The notes: generated from the letters alone by a model not told the origin. A stretch of 64,000 nt of DNA from an uncultured Candidatus Saccharibacteria bacterium (GCA_964409615.1 CAYPDT010000001.1:499880-563879), one strand, 5' to 3'; shown: positions 37,890-46,671, numbered from the stretch's first letter. Program-made: numbers and translations.

Positions 37890-38927
37890 TTATTTTGCCT
37901 GTGCCTGTAAGTCGTGTTCTACCATCAGCTTCACTAAACTAGGGAAGTCAACTTTGCGCTCCCAGCCTAATTCTGTTTCTGCCTTTGTTGGGTCGCCTAG
38001 CAATAAATCCACTTCTGCAGGGCGGTAAAATGCCGGGTTTATCCGTATACGAATCGCTCCGCTTGCCGCATCTTTACCAACTTCGTCGGCGCCAGTGCCT
38101 TCCCAGGTAATATCGACACCAATCTCTTTAAAAGCAAGTTCACAAAACTCACGAATAGAGTGCGTTTCGCCGGTAGCCAGCACATAATCTTCTGGGGTAT
38201 CTTGCTGTAGCATACGCCACATACCTTCTACATAGTCACCGGCATAGCCCCAGTCACGCTTAGCGTCTAGGTTACCCAGCTCAATAACATCTTGCTTGCC
38301 GTTCTTGATCTGCGCAACAGCCTTACTAATTTTGCGCGTTACAAACTCTGGGCCACGGCGTTCACCTTCGTGATTGAACAAGATTCCGCTCAGTGCAAAC
38401 ATATCATAGCTCTCACGGTAGTTCTTAGTAATCCAGTGACCGTATAGTTTAGCCACGCCGTAAGGACTGCGAGGGTGGAAGGAAGCTTCTTCGGTATAAC
38501 CTTTTTCTGGTCGGTTATAATCTAGGCCGCCGAACATTTCACTCGTAGAAGCTTGGTAGAATCGTGTCGTTTTTTCGAGGCCCGCCAAGCGGATAGCCTC
38601 GAGAACATTCAGCACACCCTTACCCGTAACGTCAGCAGTTAGTACAGGGTCTCGGAAAGAGTAGCCCACGTGACTAATTGCTGCTAGGTTATATACCTCG
38701 TCAGGCTTAATTTCTTGCATAGCACGAGTTAGGGCAGACAGGTCCAGTAAATCTGCCATCACAAGTTCGACATATGGCATCTCTTCTTTTACAGCCTGGT
38801 ACCGTGGATGGCTTGCCTCTAGCTGACCACGAATAACGCCATATACTTGGTATCCCTTTTCATGGAGTAGTTTTGCTAGGTGACCACCATCTTGTCCGGC
38901 AATTCCTGTAATCAGTGCTTTTTTCAA
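37890..38927 (-). CDS. gmd: GDP-mannose 4,6-dehydratase
   Basis: KKALITGIAGQDGGHLAKLLHEKGYQVYGVIR, ASTSEMFG and SPYGVAKLYGHW are canonical Gmd motifs. Confidence 0.95.
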   Translation of the reverse strand: MKKALITGIAGQDGGHLAKLLHEKGYQVYGVIRGQLEASHPRYQAVKEEMPYVELVMADLLDLSALTRAMQEIKPDEVYNLAAISHVGYSFRDPVLTADVTGKGVLNVLEAIRLAGLEKTTRFYQASTSEMFGGLDYNRPEKGYTEEASFHPRSPYGVAKLYGHWITKNYRESYDMFALSGILFNHEGERRGPEFVTRKISKAVAQIKNGKQDVIELGNLDAKRDWGYAGDYVEGMWRMLQQDTPEDYVLATGETHSIREFCELAFKEIGVDITWEGTGADEVGKDAASGAIRIRINPAFYRPAEVDLLLGDPTKAETELGWERKVDFPSLVKLMVEHDLQAQAK

Positions 38928-38928
38928 T

Positions 38929-39378
38929 CTATTCTCCTTCTAAATTACGACGTGAGTCTTGTTGGTGACGAAACACAAAAACATGGAACAGTATATAGTT
39001 CCAAACCATAATACAACCCACCGTACCCATTTTAACAAGTATGCGGGGTAATAGGTTATGTTTCTCGTTAATTTCTAAACATAGGTAGGTAAAGCCCGTA
39101 TTCCACAAAAAAAGCCCGATAAATAGGGGTAGTGATTCCGTTATGCGGCGAGCTTCTTTGTGACGCTTGCTAAACCTAAGCTGATTGAGCGTGAAAGAGA
39201 TGATAAAACCAGCCACAATACCAGCCGTGGTAGCAATTAGCAGGTTGTGGCTGAATCGATCAACAAACAGCAACGTACTATAGTCGGCCGCAAAAGCACA
39301 GGCTCCAGACAATCCAAAAAGCAGTAAATCTACTTTGTGGTCGGCAATCAATGCACGTATTCGTTGTACTAGTTTCAT
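38929..39378 (-). CDS. GtrA-family membrane protein (second copy)
   Basis: 149 aa with four hydrophobic segments and WNYILFHVFVF near the C-terminus. The gene lies directly upstream of gmd. Confidence 0.7.
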   Translation of the reverse strand: MKLVQRIRALIADHKVDLLLFGLSGACAFAADYSTLLFVDRFSHNLLIATTAGIVAGFIISFTLNQLRFSKRHKEARRITESLPLFIGLFLWNTGFTYLCLEINEKHNLLPRILVKMGTVGCIMVWNYILFHVFVFRHQQDSRRNLEGE

Positions 39379-39407
39379 CTGTTCTTAAAGTATAGCAAAC
39401 CTAAAGC

Positions 39408-40742
39408 TCATCGATTGGTGGCTATTTTTGACTTGGTCCTAGTGGTCATAACTAACCCAGCCAGCCCCCACCATGTGTAGGCAACCGACTCGTTGGACCA
39501 AATATGTACAAGAATATTGGTAAGTGCCAGCCCAGCGAACGCTGCTAATAGAGCGGTGGCATATGCTGAATCACCTGTTGCACGATATAGTCTTACTGCA
39601 ACCAAGATAAGAATTGCCAGGAAGAGGGTAAGGCCTAAGACTCCAACTTCAGTAGCAACTTGCAGGTAATAATTTTCATTAAGCTGGGTTCCTTGCACGT
39701 TGTTACGGATTGAAGCCAGTCCCGCACGCCCCGGCCCCAGACCAGCTGGATTATGCGCTATCTTTACAACCGATTCGCGCAAAAACCTAACACGCAATTG
39801 GTTTGGGTCTTCCAGTGAAGTGCTCTGGTCGGCATGAAAAATAACATTTTGCACAAAGTAACTATTGCGCAGCGCAAAGGCAGATGCCAAAAACCCAATG
39901 GCAGCGACTGCCAGCACAACCAATCCAACTCTAAACTGTTTACGGGACAGTTTTACGTGACTTCTGCCCACAAGCGCAGCTGCACAAGCCAGGGCAACAA
40001 CCAACCCTAGTAGTGCACTCCGTGAAAAGGTTAGCAGCAAACACAGGCCAGCCATTAGGCTAACCCCAGACCAAATTAACTTTGCTCGCTTGGCGCTCTT
40101 TTGGCGCCATGCCATCGCCAAGCTCATCACGATTATCAGATAAGACCCCAGGGAATTTGGATCACGCAGGGTAGACATAACACGCTCAAGATCCGGCTTG
40201 TCATCAATAAAGAATGCCGGCAAAACACCGTTACTCCTGACAAATCCCAAATGTGTAAGTGCGTCGTTCGGTAATAGCACATATTGTATAACCCCGAATA
40301 AAGCCACCACGGTGCCAGCAACCAGAGAAATCAGAATAGAGGCTTGTAGAATGTTTCGTTTTGGAAATGTTTTTACCAACAACCATGCATACAAGAAAAA
40401 AACTAGGAATCGTAAATTATAGGTGACGCCAAGAACTTCGGCATCGGTGTCGGTTGGTCGCACTAGTGCAAGAAGTAGCGTAAGCGCTGCATATAGCACA
40501 ATCACCAGAACAAGCTTGTTTTTCAACCACTCTTTAAACCAAGATTGATGGAAGCTCGCTAACATAATTGAACAAAAACCGAACACTAACACTATGTCTT
40601 TGAGAACTTTCATGAGCGCGAGCCCACCAATATTAGCGCCAATCACCGTTGAGATAAATATATGGAACGGCATATACGCCAGCAATCCGTAAAATATCTT
40701 AAGACTGTGTTCTTGAAGCGCGTTTACTATTTTTTTCTGCAT
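39408..40742 (-). CDS. O-antigen ligase/polymerase-like (Wzy_C domain) membrane protein
   Basis: 444 aa with about 11 TM segments. LLLTFSRSALLGLVVALA plus a following loop is typical of the Wzy_C family. Confidence 0.65.
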   Translation of the reverse strand: MQKKIVNALQEHSLKIFYGLLAYMPFHIFISTVIGANIGGLALMKVLKDIVLVFGFCSIMLASFHQSWFKEWLKNKLVLVIVLYAALTLLLALVRPTDTDAEVLGVTYNLRFLVFFLYAWLLVKTFPKRNILQASILISLVAGTVVALFGVIQYVLLPNDALTHLGFVRSNGVLPAFFIDDKPDLERVMSTLRDPNSLGSYLIIVMSLAMAWRQKSAKRAKLIWSGVSLMAGLCLLLTFSRSALLGLVVALACAAALVGRSHVKLSRKQFRVGLVVLAVAAIGFLASAFALRNSYFVQNVIFHADQSTSLEDPNQLRVRFLRESVVKIAHNPAGLGPGRAGLASIRNNVQGTQLNENYYLQVATEVGVLGLTLFLAILILVAVRLYRATGDSAYATALLAAFAGLALTNILVHIWSNESVAYTWWGLAGLVMTTRTKSKIATNR

Positions 40743-40756
40743 ACCTGACTCTATTG

Positions 40757-40762
40757 TAAACT
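40757..40762 (+). promoter_or_regulatory. -10-like TAAACT, 6 nt before the ATG at 40769
   Basis: attgTAAACTgaatgtATG read directly. Confidence 0.35.
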
Positions 40763-40768
40763 GAATGT

Positions 40769-41875
40769 ATGAATATCGTTATAGATGCCCGTAATCGTCC
40801 GTCTAGCACGGGGCGCTATACCGACCGACTGCTGGAACATTTGCAAAAAATAGACACAGATAATAGCTATACTGTCCTTTTACAGCCATCCGATACCTGG
40901 AGGCCGACAGCCAAAAACTTCAATACCCTCCCCTGCCCGTATCAGCAATTTTCGATTAGCCTCAAGGAACAGGTTGGATTTACTCGACTGCTTCGTAAGT
41001 TGCGGCCCGATGTAGTGCACTTTACCATGACCCAGCAACCACTTTTTTACAGGGGCAATATCGTAACGACTACCCACGACCTAACAATGCTTCGCTTTAC
41101 CCGAGCAGGGCGACATTCTAAGTTGTTCCACGCTCTTCGGATGGCTCTATACCGTTTGATGTTTTGGTGGAGCCATAAGAAAAGCACCAAAATTATTACC
41201 GTCTCAAAATTTGTTGCTTCAGACCTGACAAAACTTCAGCCATCTGTAAAAAACAAGATTACTACAATATATGAGTCCAGCGAGCCGCCTGTTTCGCAAA
41301 AAGCTGAGGCGGTCGAAGGCGTTGGTAAACAATTTATCATGCATGTGGGTAGCCCGTTCCCTCACAAGAACATACCCCGACTCATCGAGTCGTTTGAGCA
41401 GATTGTCGAGACTCATCCCAAACTACAGTTAGTACTGGCAGGTAAGCCCGAGTATTACTTTGGGCAACTACAAAAACAAATTGATGAAAGCCCCGCTAAA
41501 CAAAACATTATTGTCACTGGTTTCGTGAGTGACGCTCAGCTTAAATGGCTCTACCAATATGCCATTTGCTATGTACTGCCATCATTAAGTGAGGGCTTTG
41601 GGCTTCCTGGTCTTGAGGCGATGGCCCATAAGTGCCCCTTAGTTAGCAGTAATGCAACCTGCCTACCTGAGGTGTACGGCGATGCCGCTCTATACTTCAA
41701 CCCGCTAGACGTGGAAGACATGACCTTAAAAATAGAGCGAATACTATCCGACAACCAACTAGCGTCGCTATTAAAACTCCGTGGCGAAACTCAACTCAAA
41801 AAATATTCATGGGAGCGCATGGCCGAACAGACACTGGCAATTTACAATGAAACGAATCACTCATCAGAATTGTGA
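40769..41875 (+). CDS. GT4-family glycosyltransferase
   Basis: FIMHVGSPFPHKN and CYVLPSLSEGFGLPGLEAMAHKCPLVSS are GT4 motifs. Confidence 0.85.
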   Translation: MNIVIDARNRPSSTGRYTDRLLEHLQKIDTDNSYTVLLQPSDTWRPTAKNFNTLPCPYQQFSISLKEQVGFTRLLRKLRPDVVHFTMTQQPLFYRGNIVTTTHDLTMLRFTRAGRHSKLFHALRMALYRLMFWWSHKKSTKIITVSKFVASDLTKLQPSVKNKITTIYESSEPPVSQKAEAVEGVGKQFIMHVGSPFPHKNIPRLIESFEQIVETHPKLQLVLAGKPEYYFGQLQKQIDESPAKQNIIVTGFVSDAQLKWLYQYAICYVLPSLSEGFGLPGLEAMAHKCPLVSSNATCLPEVYGDAALYFNPLDVEDMTLKIERILSDNQLASLLKLRGETQLKKYSWERMAEQTLAIYNETNHSSEL

Positions 41876-41969
41876 ATCAAATCACTATTTACCTGGCCCC
41901 GGCAAGTCGGTATACTCAAACTAACGTCCGTAGACAGGTCCAAGCGTCAGACTACTTGAAACAAACACA

Positions 41970-44516
41970 ATGATTCAGAAAAAAAAGACACCACCAAATT
42001 TACCCATATTTTTTGCCTTGGTATCATTATTAATCCTGCTCGCAAGCACACTTGCCTGGTCGTACTGGGGAGCGCAAACCCATATGGCCAATGCAGACCA
42101 GTTGGTCAACAGCTACCTTTTTGAATCACGACACACTTTTCAACAAGCACTCTTGCCCGGCCAGCACAGCTTTTTGATAAAATGGCCGTTAATTTTAATG
42201 GTTCGACTTCTTGGTAACACTCCAGATGCTTTCACAATTCTCACTATGCTTACAGCAACTGCAACCGTCGGCCTTTTTGCACTGTGCATATATATAATCG
42301 ACCGTCGGCCCTTGCGTTTTGGTATAGCCTGCCTGGTGTTGGCTAACATCTTACTGCTCGTGCCTGCTGCACCATATGCTAGCGGCATCTTGCCCGTCAA
42401 TTTTGCAATGATTACTACTCGCAACCTAGAGTACATTATCTTTATCGCGAGCCTTGCACTAGTTATTAGAGCGAAGCGCCTTAGAACCCGGGAATTTTGG
42501 GTCAGCACCGGCCTGCTTGCCCTACTTATAGCTAGTGATAAATTATTCTTAACACTTGGTGTTGGCGGAGCAGTTGTTTGCCTGGCATTTTACGCCTTCT
42601 TTAGAAACTGGGGCATGGTTAACCTCGCAAACCGATGGCTTATTAATAGCCTTCTGGCCGGGTTGTTTTCTGCGGTCATATTGGCAATCGTAAGCGCACT
42701 ACATATCACTACCTTTGGCGGGTCTGCAGCGTCGCCTTTTGTGCTTATACATAGCGCTCGGATGCTGGGTCTAGGTTTGTTCTTTGGGGCTAGTGGATTA
42801 CTAACCAACTTTGGGGCCAACCCGGCGTTCGATGCAAGTATTATTCGCAATATTCCCCACATAGTTTTCGACCGATTAACCTCTTTAAGTGGAGCTGGCT
42901 TTGTTGTAAACCTAGTCGTGTTCTGCTTGGCGCTATGGACAGTAATAATGGCCCTTAAAAATAGCTTTGCCGGTCATAAAGACACACCACCGGCGTCACA
43001 TCGCTTGGCGGACAGACTTTCGGTGCTACTAATTTTTGCCAGCGCTGTGTCTTTTGCAGCATTTGTCGCAACCGACCACTACTATGTTGTTGATGCCCGA
43101 TACCTAACAATCACCTTTTTTGCGCTCATAATCAGCCTGGTCACTTGGCTGAGAAAGCGAACAGTAGAAAGTCGCTGGCTTTACGGTGCGGGGGCGCTAT
43201 TAGCGGTCGTTACCGTATTGAGCTTTTTTGGGGCTAAAACCATCGCCCTGCAACAGCAGGCAGCCCTCGAACCTATCACAAAACGCAACCAAGCAATCAC
43301 TTCTATTCTTTCTATAAACAAAAACCCCGTGCTGTTAGCCGACTACTGGAGGGCGCTGCCCGTGCATCAGCTCAGCGGCAATAAGACGCCAATCATGCCG
43401 CTCGACAGCTGCACCGAACCCCGTGGGGTGCTCAGCTCTAAAGCCTGGCAGCCAGACCTAACTAAGACAAGCTTTGCCTACCTCTATTCTCTAGATAAAA
43501 GCTTAACTAATTTTCCTACCTGCACCCTGGCACAAATCACTACCAAATTTGGTCGCCCCAACCGTAGCGTTTTGGTCGCAGGAACACCCGACCAACCTAC
43601 AGAACTGCTGCTATTTTACGATTCTGGAATCAATAAGTCGCCATCAATTCACAAGACAGTCAACACTGTCTTTCCGGTTAGCAGTACAGACTTAGGTAGC
43701 CAAATCTGTGTGGGGCCAACCGTTGTTCAGACTATAGCGCACCAAGATGATGACCTACTATTCATGAACCCTGCCCTACAACAAGATATCGAAGCTGGCC
43801 GCTGCGTACGCACCATTTACCTTACAGCCGGAGATGCTGGTGGCGATGCCTACTACTGGCTTGGTCGAGAAAAGGGCGCTGAAGGAGCATATGCCAAAAT
43901 GCTTGGTACAGACGATGTTTGGGTCGAGAAAACCGTTCAACTAAAAACTGGTCAATTCGTAACGCTCGCCCACCCTCGTGGCCAAACAAAGATACAGCTC
44001 ATTTTCATGCACCTACCAGATGGGAATCTGACGGGTAAGGGCTTTGCTGCCAACAAAGAAGAAAGCCTTGAAAAGCTATCGAGCGGAGCCATTGGCCGCA
44101 TATCGAGCATAGACAAGCAATCTAGTTACTCGTATAACGAACTTCTCCAAAGCTTAGGTGAACTATTTGAAATCTTCCGCCCAACCCTCATACGCACCCA
44201 ATCTGGTGTGCAACAAGGTCACCACATTCGCGACCATAGCGATCATGTAGCGGTTGGCAAAATAACCCAGCAGGCCTATGAATTATTCGAAACAGCGGTG
44301 TACAAAAACGAACTACGCATTCCTATTGAACACTACATGGGCTACCCTATCGCTAGCCTACCCTCTAATGTTTCCGACCAATACCTAGTTAAAAAAGATA
44401 TTGCCTTTTCTGAATACACTAAGTATGATCCGGCAACCTGCTCCTCTCATCAAGCCTGCTGGGCTCAGAGCAACTACAACAAGTACCTGCCCCGTCAATA
44501 CAAAACCGAACGATAG
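41970..44516 (+). CDS. fusion protein: N-terminal polytopic GT-C-like membrane domain (about 450 aa), a linker domain, and a C-terminal PIG-L/LmbE-family de-N-acetylase domain
   Basis: Multiple TM segments run up to about aa 420. The PIG-L motifs are TIAHQDDDLLFMNP, YLTAGDAGG and IRDHSDHVAVG, at nt about 43700-44300. Confidence 0.7.
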   Translation: MIQKKKTPPNLPIFFALVSLLILLASTLAWSYWGAQTHMANADQLVNSYLFESRHTFQQALLPGQHSFLIKWPLILMVRLLGNTPDAFTILTMLTATATVGLFALCIYIIDRRPLRFGIACLVLANILLLVPAAPYASGILPVNFAMITTRNLEYIIFIASLALVIRAKRLRTREFWVSTGLLALLIASDKLFLTLGVGGAVVCLAFYAFFRNWGMVNLANRWLINSLLAGLFSAVILAIVSALHITTFGGSAASPFVLIHSARMLGLGLFFGASGLLTNFGANPAFDASIIRNIPHIVFDRLTSLSGAGFVVNLVVFCLALWTVIMALKNSFAGHKDTPPASHRLADRLSVLLIFASAVSFAAFVATDHYYVVDARYLTITFFALIISLVTWLRKRTVESRWLYGAGALLAVVTVLSFFGAKTIALQQQAALEPITKRNQAITSILSINKNPVLLADYWRALPVHQLSGNKTPIMPLDSCTEPRGVLSSKAWQPDLTKTSFAYLYSLDKSLTNFPTCTLAQITTKFGRPNRSVLVAGTPDQPTELLLFYDSGINKSPSIHKTVNTVFPVSSTDLGSQICVGPTVVQTIAHQDDDLLFMNPALQQDIEAGRCVRTIYLTAGDAGGDAYYWLGREKGAEGAYAKMLGTDDVWVEKTVQLKTGQFVTLAHPRGQTKIQLIFMHLPDGNLTGKGFAANKEESLEKLSSGAIGRISSIDKQSSYSYNELLQSLGELFEIFRPTLIRTQSGVQQGHHIRDHSDHVAVGKITQQAYELFETAVYKNELRIPIEHYMGYPIASLPSNVSDQYLVKKDIAFSEYTKYDPATCSSHQACWAQSNYNKYLPRQYKTER

Positions 44517-44528
44517 AGGGCGGGTGCC

Positions 44529-44993
44529 CTACGCCTCGTCGGCTATGGCCTTGAGCACAATGTGACGGTCTCGACCTTCGCCTACCGACTCTGTCTGTAA
44601 GCCATATTCACCAGCAACCTTGTGGACCGTCCGCCGATCGGCGGCGTTCATGGGTTTTAGAGCCATATCTTTGCCCGACTCTTTTACGTGTGTAATCCAT
44701 TCTTTGGCAGCTTCGGCTAATCGGTCAGCCCGACCTTTTTTGTAATCTGCCACGTCCACGCTAACGCGAGAGACGGAAAAACCATTATTCTTTAGGGCAT
44801 TGCTCACCATAAACTGTAGGGCTCGCATGGTTTCGCCCTGTTGGCCAATCAAAAACCCATTGAGGTAGGTGGATGGTATATTGAGCTCAATAACCTCATC
44901 TTCACTATTAGTCGCATGAATATCGGTATTAAGTCCAAAGAACGATAGTAAGTCTTCAAGATACTTCTTGGCATAAACTATTGAATCTTCCAC
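44529..44993 (-). CDS. jag: Jag/KhpB-like RNA-binding protein (KH + R3H domains, no Jag_N domain)
   Basis: GFLIGQQGETMRALQ is KH-like, and MNAADRRTVHKVAGEYGLQTESVGEGRDRHIVL is an R3H domain. The position downstream of yidC is conserved. Confidence 0.85.
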   Translation of the reverse strand: MEDSIVYAKKYLEDLLSFFGLNTDIHATNSEDEVIELNIPSTYLNGFLIGQQGETMRALQFMVSNALKNNGFSVSRVSVDVADYKKGRADRLAEAAKEWITHVKESGKDMALKPMNAADRRTVHKVAGEYGLQTESVGEGRDRHIVLKAIADEA

Positions 44994-45004
44994 GGTAGAA
45001 CCTC

Positions 45005-45943
45005 CTACTTTTTACGCTTTTTATTGCCCTTCTTGTTAGCTTTGGTTTTTGTTTTTTTTGGAGGAATTATCTCTGCTTCGACAATGTTTTTTGCACCCTT
45101 AGATGTAGTGGTGGCGGTTGTGGTGGCCATCATCTCGTCTTTATCTTTATTAAGGACGCGGGACTGCTGAATGAAGGCTACGAGGCCACTAGTAAGCCAG
45201 TAAAGCGATAACGAAGCGGCAATATTGACGGTCACTAAGAAGATAAAGGCCGGTAGCATGTAACGGGTACTTCGAGACACGGCTGCATTAATATCTGCAG
45301 TGTCAGCCTTCTTGCCTTCACCTGCCTCGCTCAACAACTTGCGAAGACTTTGCTTTTGTCCGTCATCAGGCATAAGCTGCTTCGCTTGGTAGTACTGCAC
45401 AACGGCGCTAGCAGCTACAATCACCATGGCAGGCCAGTAGATGCCGCCCGTCTTGCCAATAGCAGAGCGCGTAAGATCAACAAAGCCAAGCAGTGTGCTA
45501 TCGAAGCGACTTATGTCGGCGGCAAGTTTTTCAATCCATGGCAGGCCGGCAATTGCAGGGTAAGAAAAATTAACGATTGCACGAGTGTCGTTAACAATAC
45601 GGTGTAAACCACTATACAAACCAATGAAGATTGGAATCTGAACAATCAACAGACCTACGCTTGAGAAAGGGTTAATTTCTCGCTCTTTGTATAACTCCAT
45701 CATCAACAGCGATTCTTTTTGTCGGTCACCGGCTGCTGCTTTTTTGATACGCTTGAGCTCGGGCTGAAGTTCGCGCATTGCTTTGGCTTGGTGAAGCTGC
45801 TTCTTAACAAGTGGCCACATAAGCAACCTGACCAAGACGGTGAACAGAATAATACTCAGGCCGAAGTTATGGCCAGGTAAAAGTGCATAGATTAGCACGA
45901 GTAGGTTAAAAATCGGTTGGACAATAAGCGTCGTAAACATCAA
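45005..45943 (-). CDS. yidC: membrane protein insertase YidC (short monoderm type) with a Lys-rich C-terminal tail
   Basis: ILFTVLVRLLMWPLVKKQ, MMELYKEREINPF and the rnpA-yidC-jag synteny. The tail reads KKTKTKANKKGNKKRKK. Confidence 0.9.
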   Translation of the reverse strand: MMFTTLIVQPIFNLLVLIYALLPGHNFGLSIILFTVLVRLLMWPLVKKQLHQAKAMRELQPELKRIKKAAAGDRQKESLLMMELYKEREINPFSSVGLLIVQIPIFIGLYSGLHRIVNDTRAIVNFSYPAIAGLPWIEKLAADISRFDSTLLGFVDLTRSAIGKTGGIYWPAMVIVAASAVVQYYQAKQLMPDDGQKQSLRKLLSEAGEGKKADTADINAAVSRSTRYMLPAFIFLVTVNIAASLSLYWLTSGLVAFIQQSRVLNKDKDEMMATTTATTTSKGAKNIVEAEIIPPKKTKTKANKKGNKKRKK

Positions 45944-45981
45944 AACTCCTGGTTATTCACCTTATTTTACCATGCACTTCT

Positions 45982-46341
45982 CTACTCTTGAGGAGAAATC
46001 GCTTGAACGGCTTGTTCGAGTAGGCCCGAGAGGCTTTTTTGTAACTCGCTAGTCGGTACCGTTGCCACCTGATCAGTATAGATTGTAACGACGATATCGA
46101 GACTTGGTTGCTGCTGTGGGTTAAGCAGCCGCATTTGCTCGTACACTCTTCGCCGTATCCGATTCCTCACCACCGCAGACTTGCTTATTTTTTTACTAAC
46201 CACCACCGCACAGCGGTATGACGACCGCTTGGCGTTTGGTGCAACCCGAAGCGCCAACATAGAAGAACGCACGGTCTTTCCGTGCGCGTACACAAAACGT
46301 AAGCTGTTATATCCGTGAAAACGATGGTTTCGGGCAATCAT
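45982..46341 (-). CDS. rnpA: ribonuclease P protein component
   Basis: VVVSKKISKSAVVRNRIRRRVYE is the RnpA RNR motif. The gene lies downstream of rpmH. Confidence 0.9.
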   Translation of the reverse strand: MIARNHRFHGYNSLRFVYAHGKTVRSSMLALRVAPNAKRSSYRCAVVVSKKISKSAVVRNRIRRRVYEQMRLLNPQQQPSLDIVVTIYTDQVATVPTSELQKSLSGLLEQAVQAISPQE

Positions 46342-46358
46342 ATATGTAGTATACCGTT

Positions 46359-46390
46359 AATACGCCCCGCTTTTTTAAGTGGGGCGTATT
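46359..46390 (-). terminator. stem-loop between rpmH and rnpA (possible attenuator)
   Basis: AATACGCCCC...GGGGCGTATT forms a 10-bp perfect stem with a 12-nt loop, 17 nt upstream of the rnpA ATG. No U-tract follows. Confidence 0.35.
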
Positions 46391-46416
46391 GTTCTAGCTA
46401 AAAAGTTTCTGGCAGC

Positions 46417-46554
46417 TTATGAAGAAAGTTTTGCGCGACCCTTGTTGCGTCGTGCCTGTAGTACTCTTCGCCCAGCTTTTGTTGCCATTCGCTTAAGAAA
46501 GCCGTGCTCTTTTGCGCGGTGTCGCTTTTTTGGTTGGTATGTTCGCTTTGGCAT
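46417..46554 (-). CDS. rpmH: 50S ribosomal protein L34
   Basis: My own minus-strand translation gives [45 protein letters not shown]. The gene is not in the ORF track because it is under 60 aa. The track ORF 46379..46567 (+) is its antisense. Confidence 0.95.
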   Translation of the reverse strand: MPKRTYQPKKRHRAKEHGFLKRMATKAGRRVLQARRNKGRAKLSS

Positions 46555-46560
46555 AGTTGT

Positions 46561-46566
46561 ATTATA
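46561..46566 (-). promoter_or_regulatory. -10 box TATAAT, 6 nt before the rpmH ATG (leaderless-type)
   Basis: The minus strand reads aaggtTATAATacaactATG. Confidence 0.4.
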
Positions 46567-46671
46567 ACCTTTTATTTTGCACTGGAATATAGGGGCGTAA
46601 TGTGTTCGTTACAAATATTACTACGCCTATCCAGTCAAATTAACAATATTTAACCCACTAATTCTACCAAG

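Noticed and set aside
46379-46567. A 62-aa plus-strand ORF.
   Set aside because: It is the antisense frame of rpmH. The minus-strand translation is an unmistakable L34 sequence.
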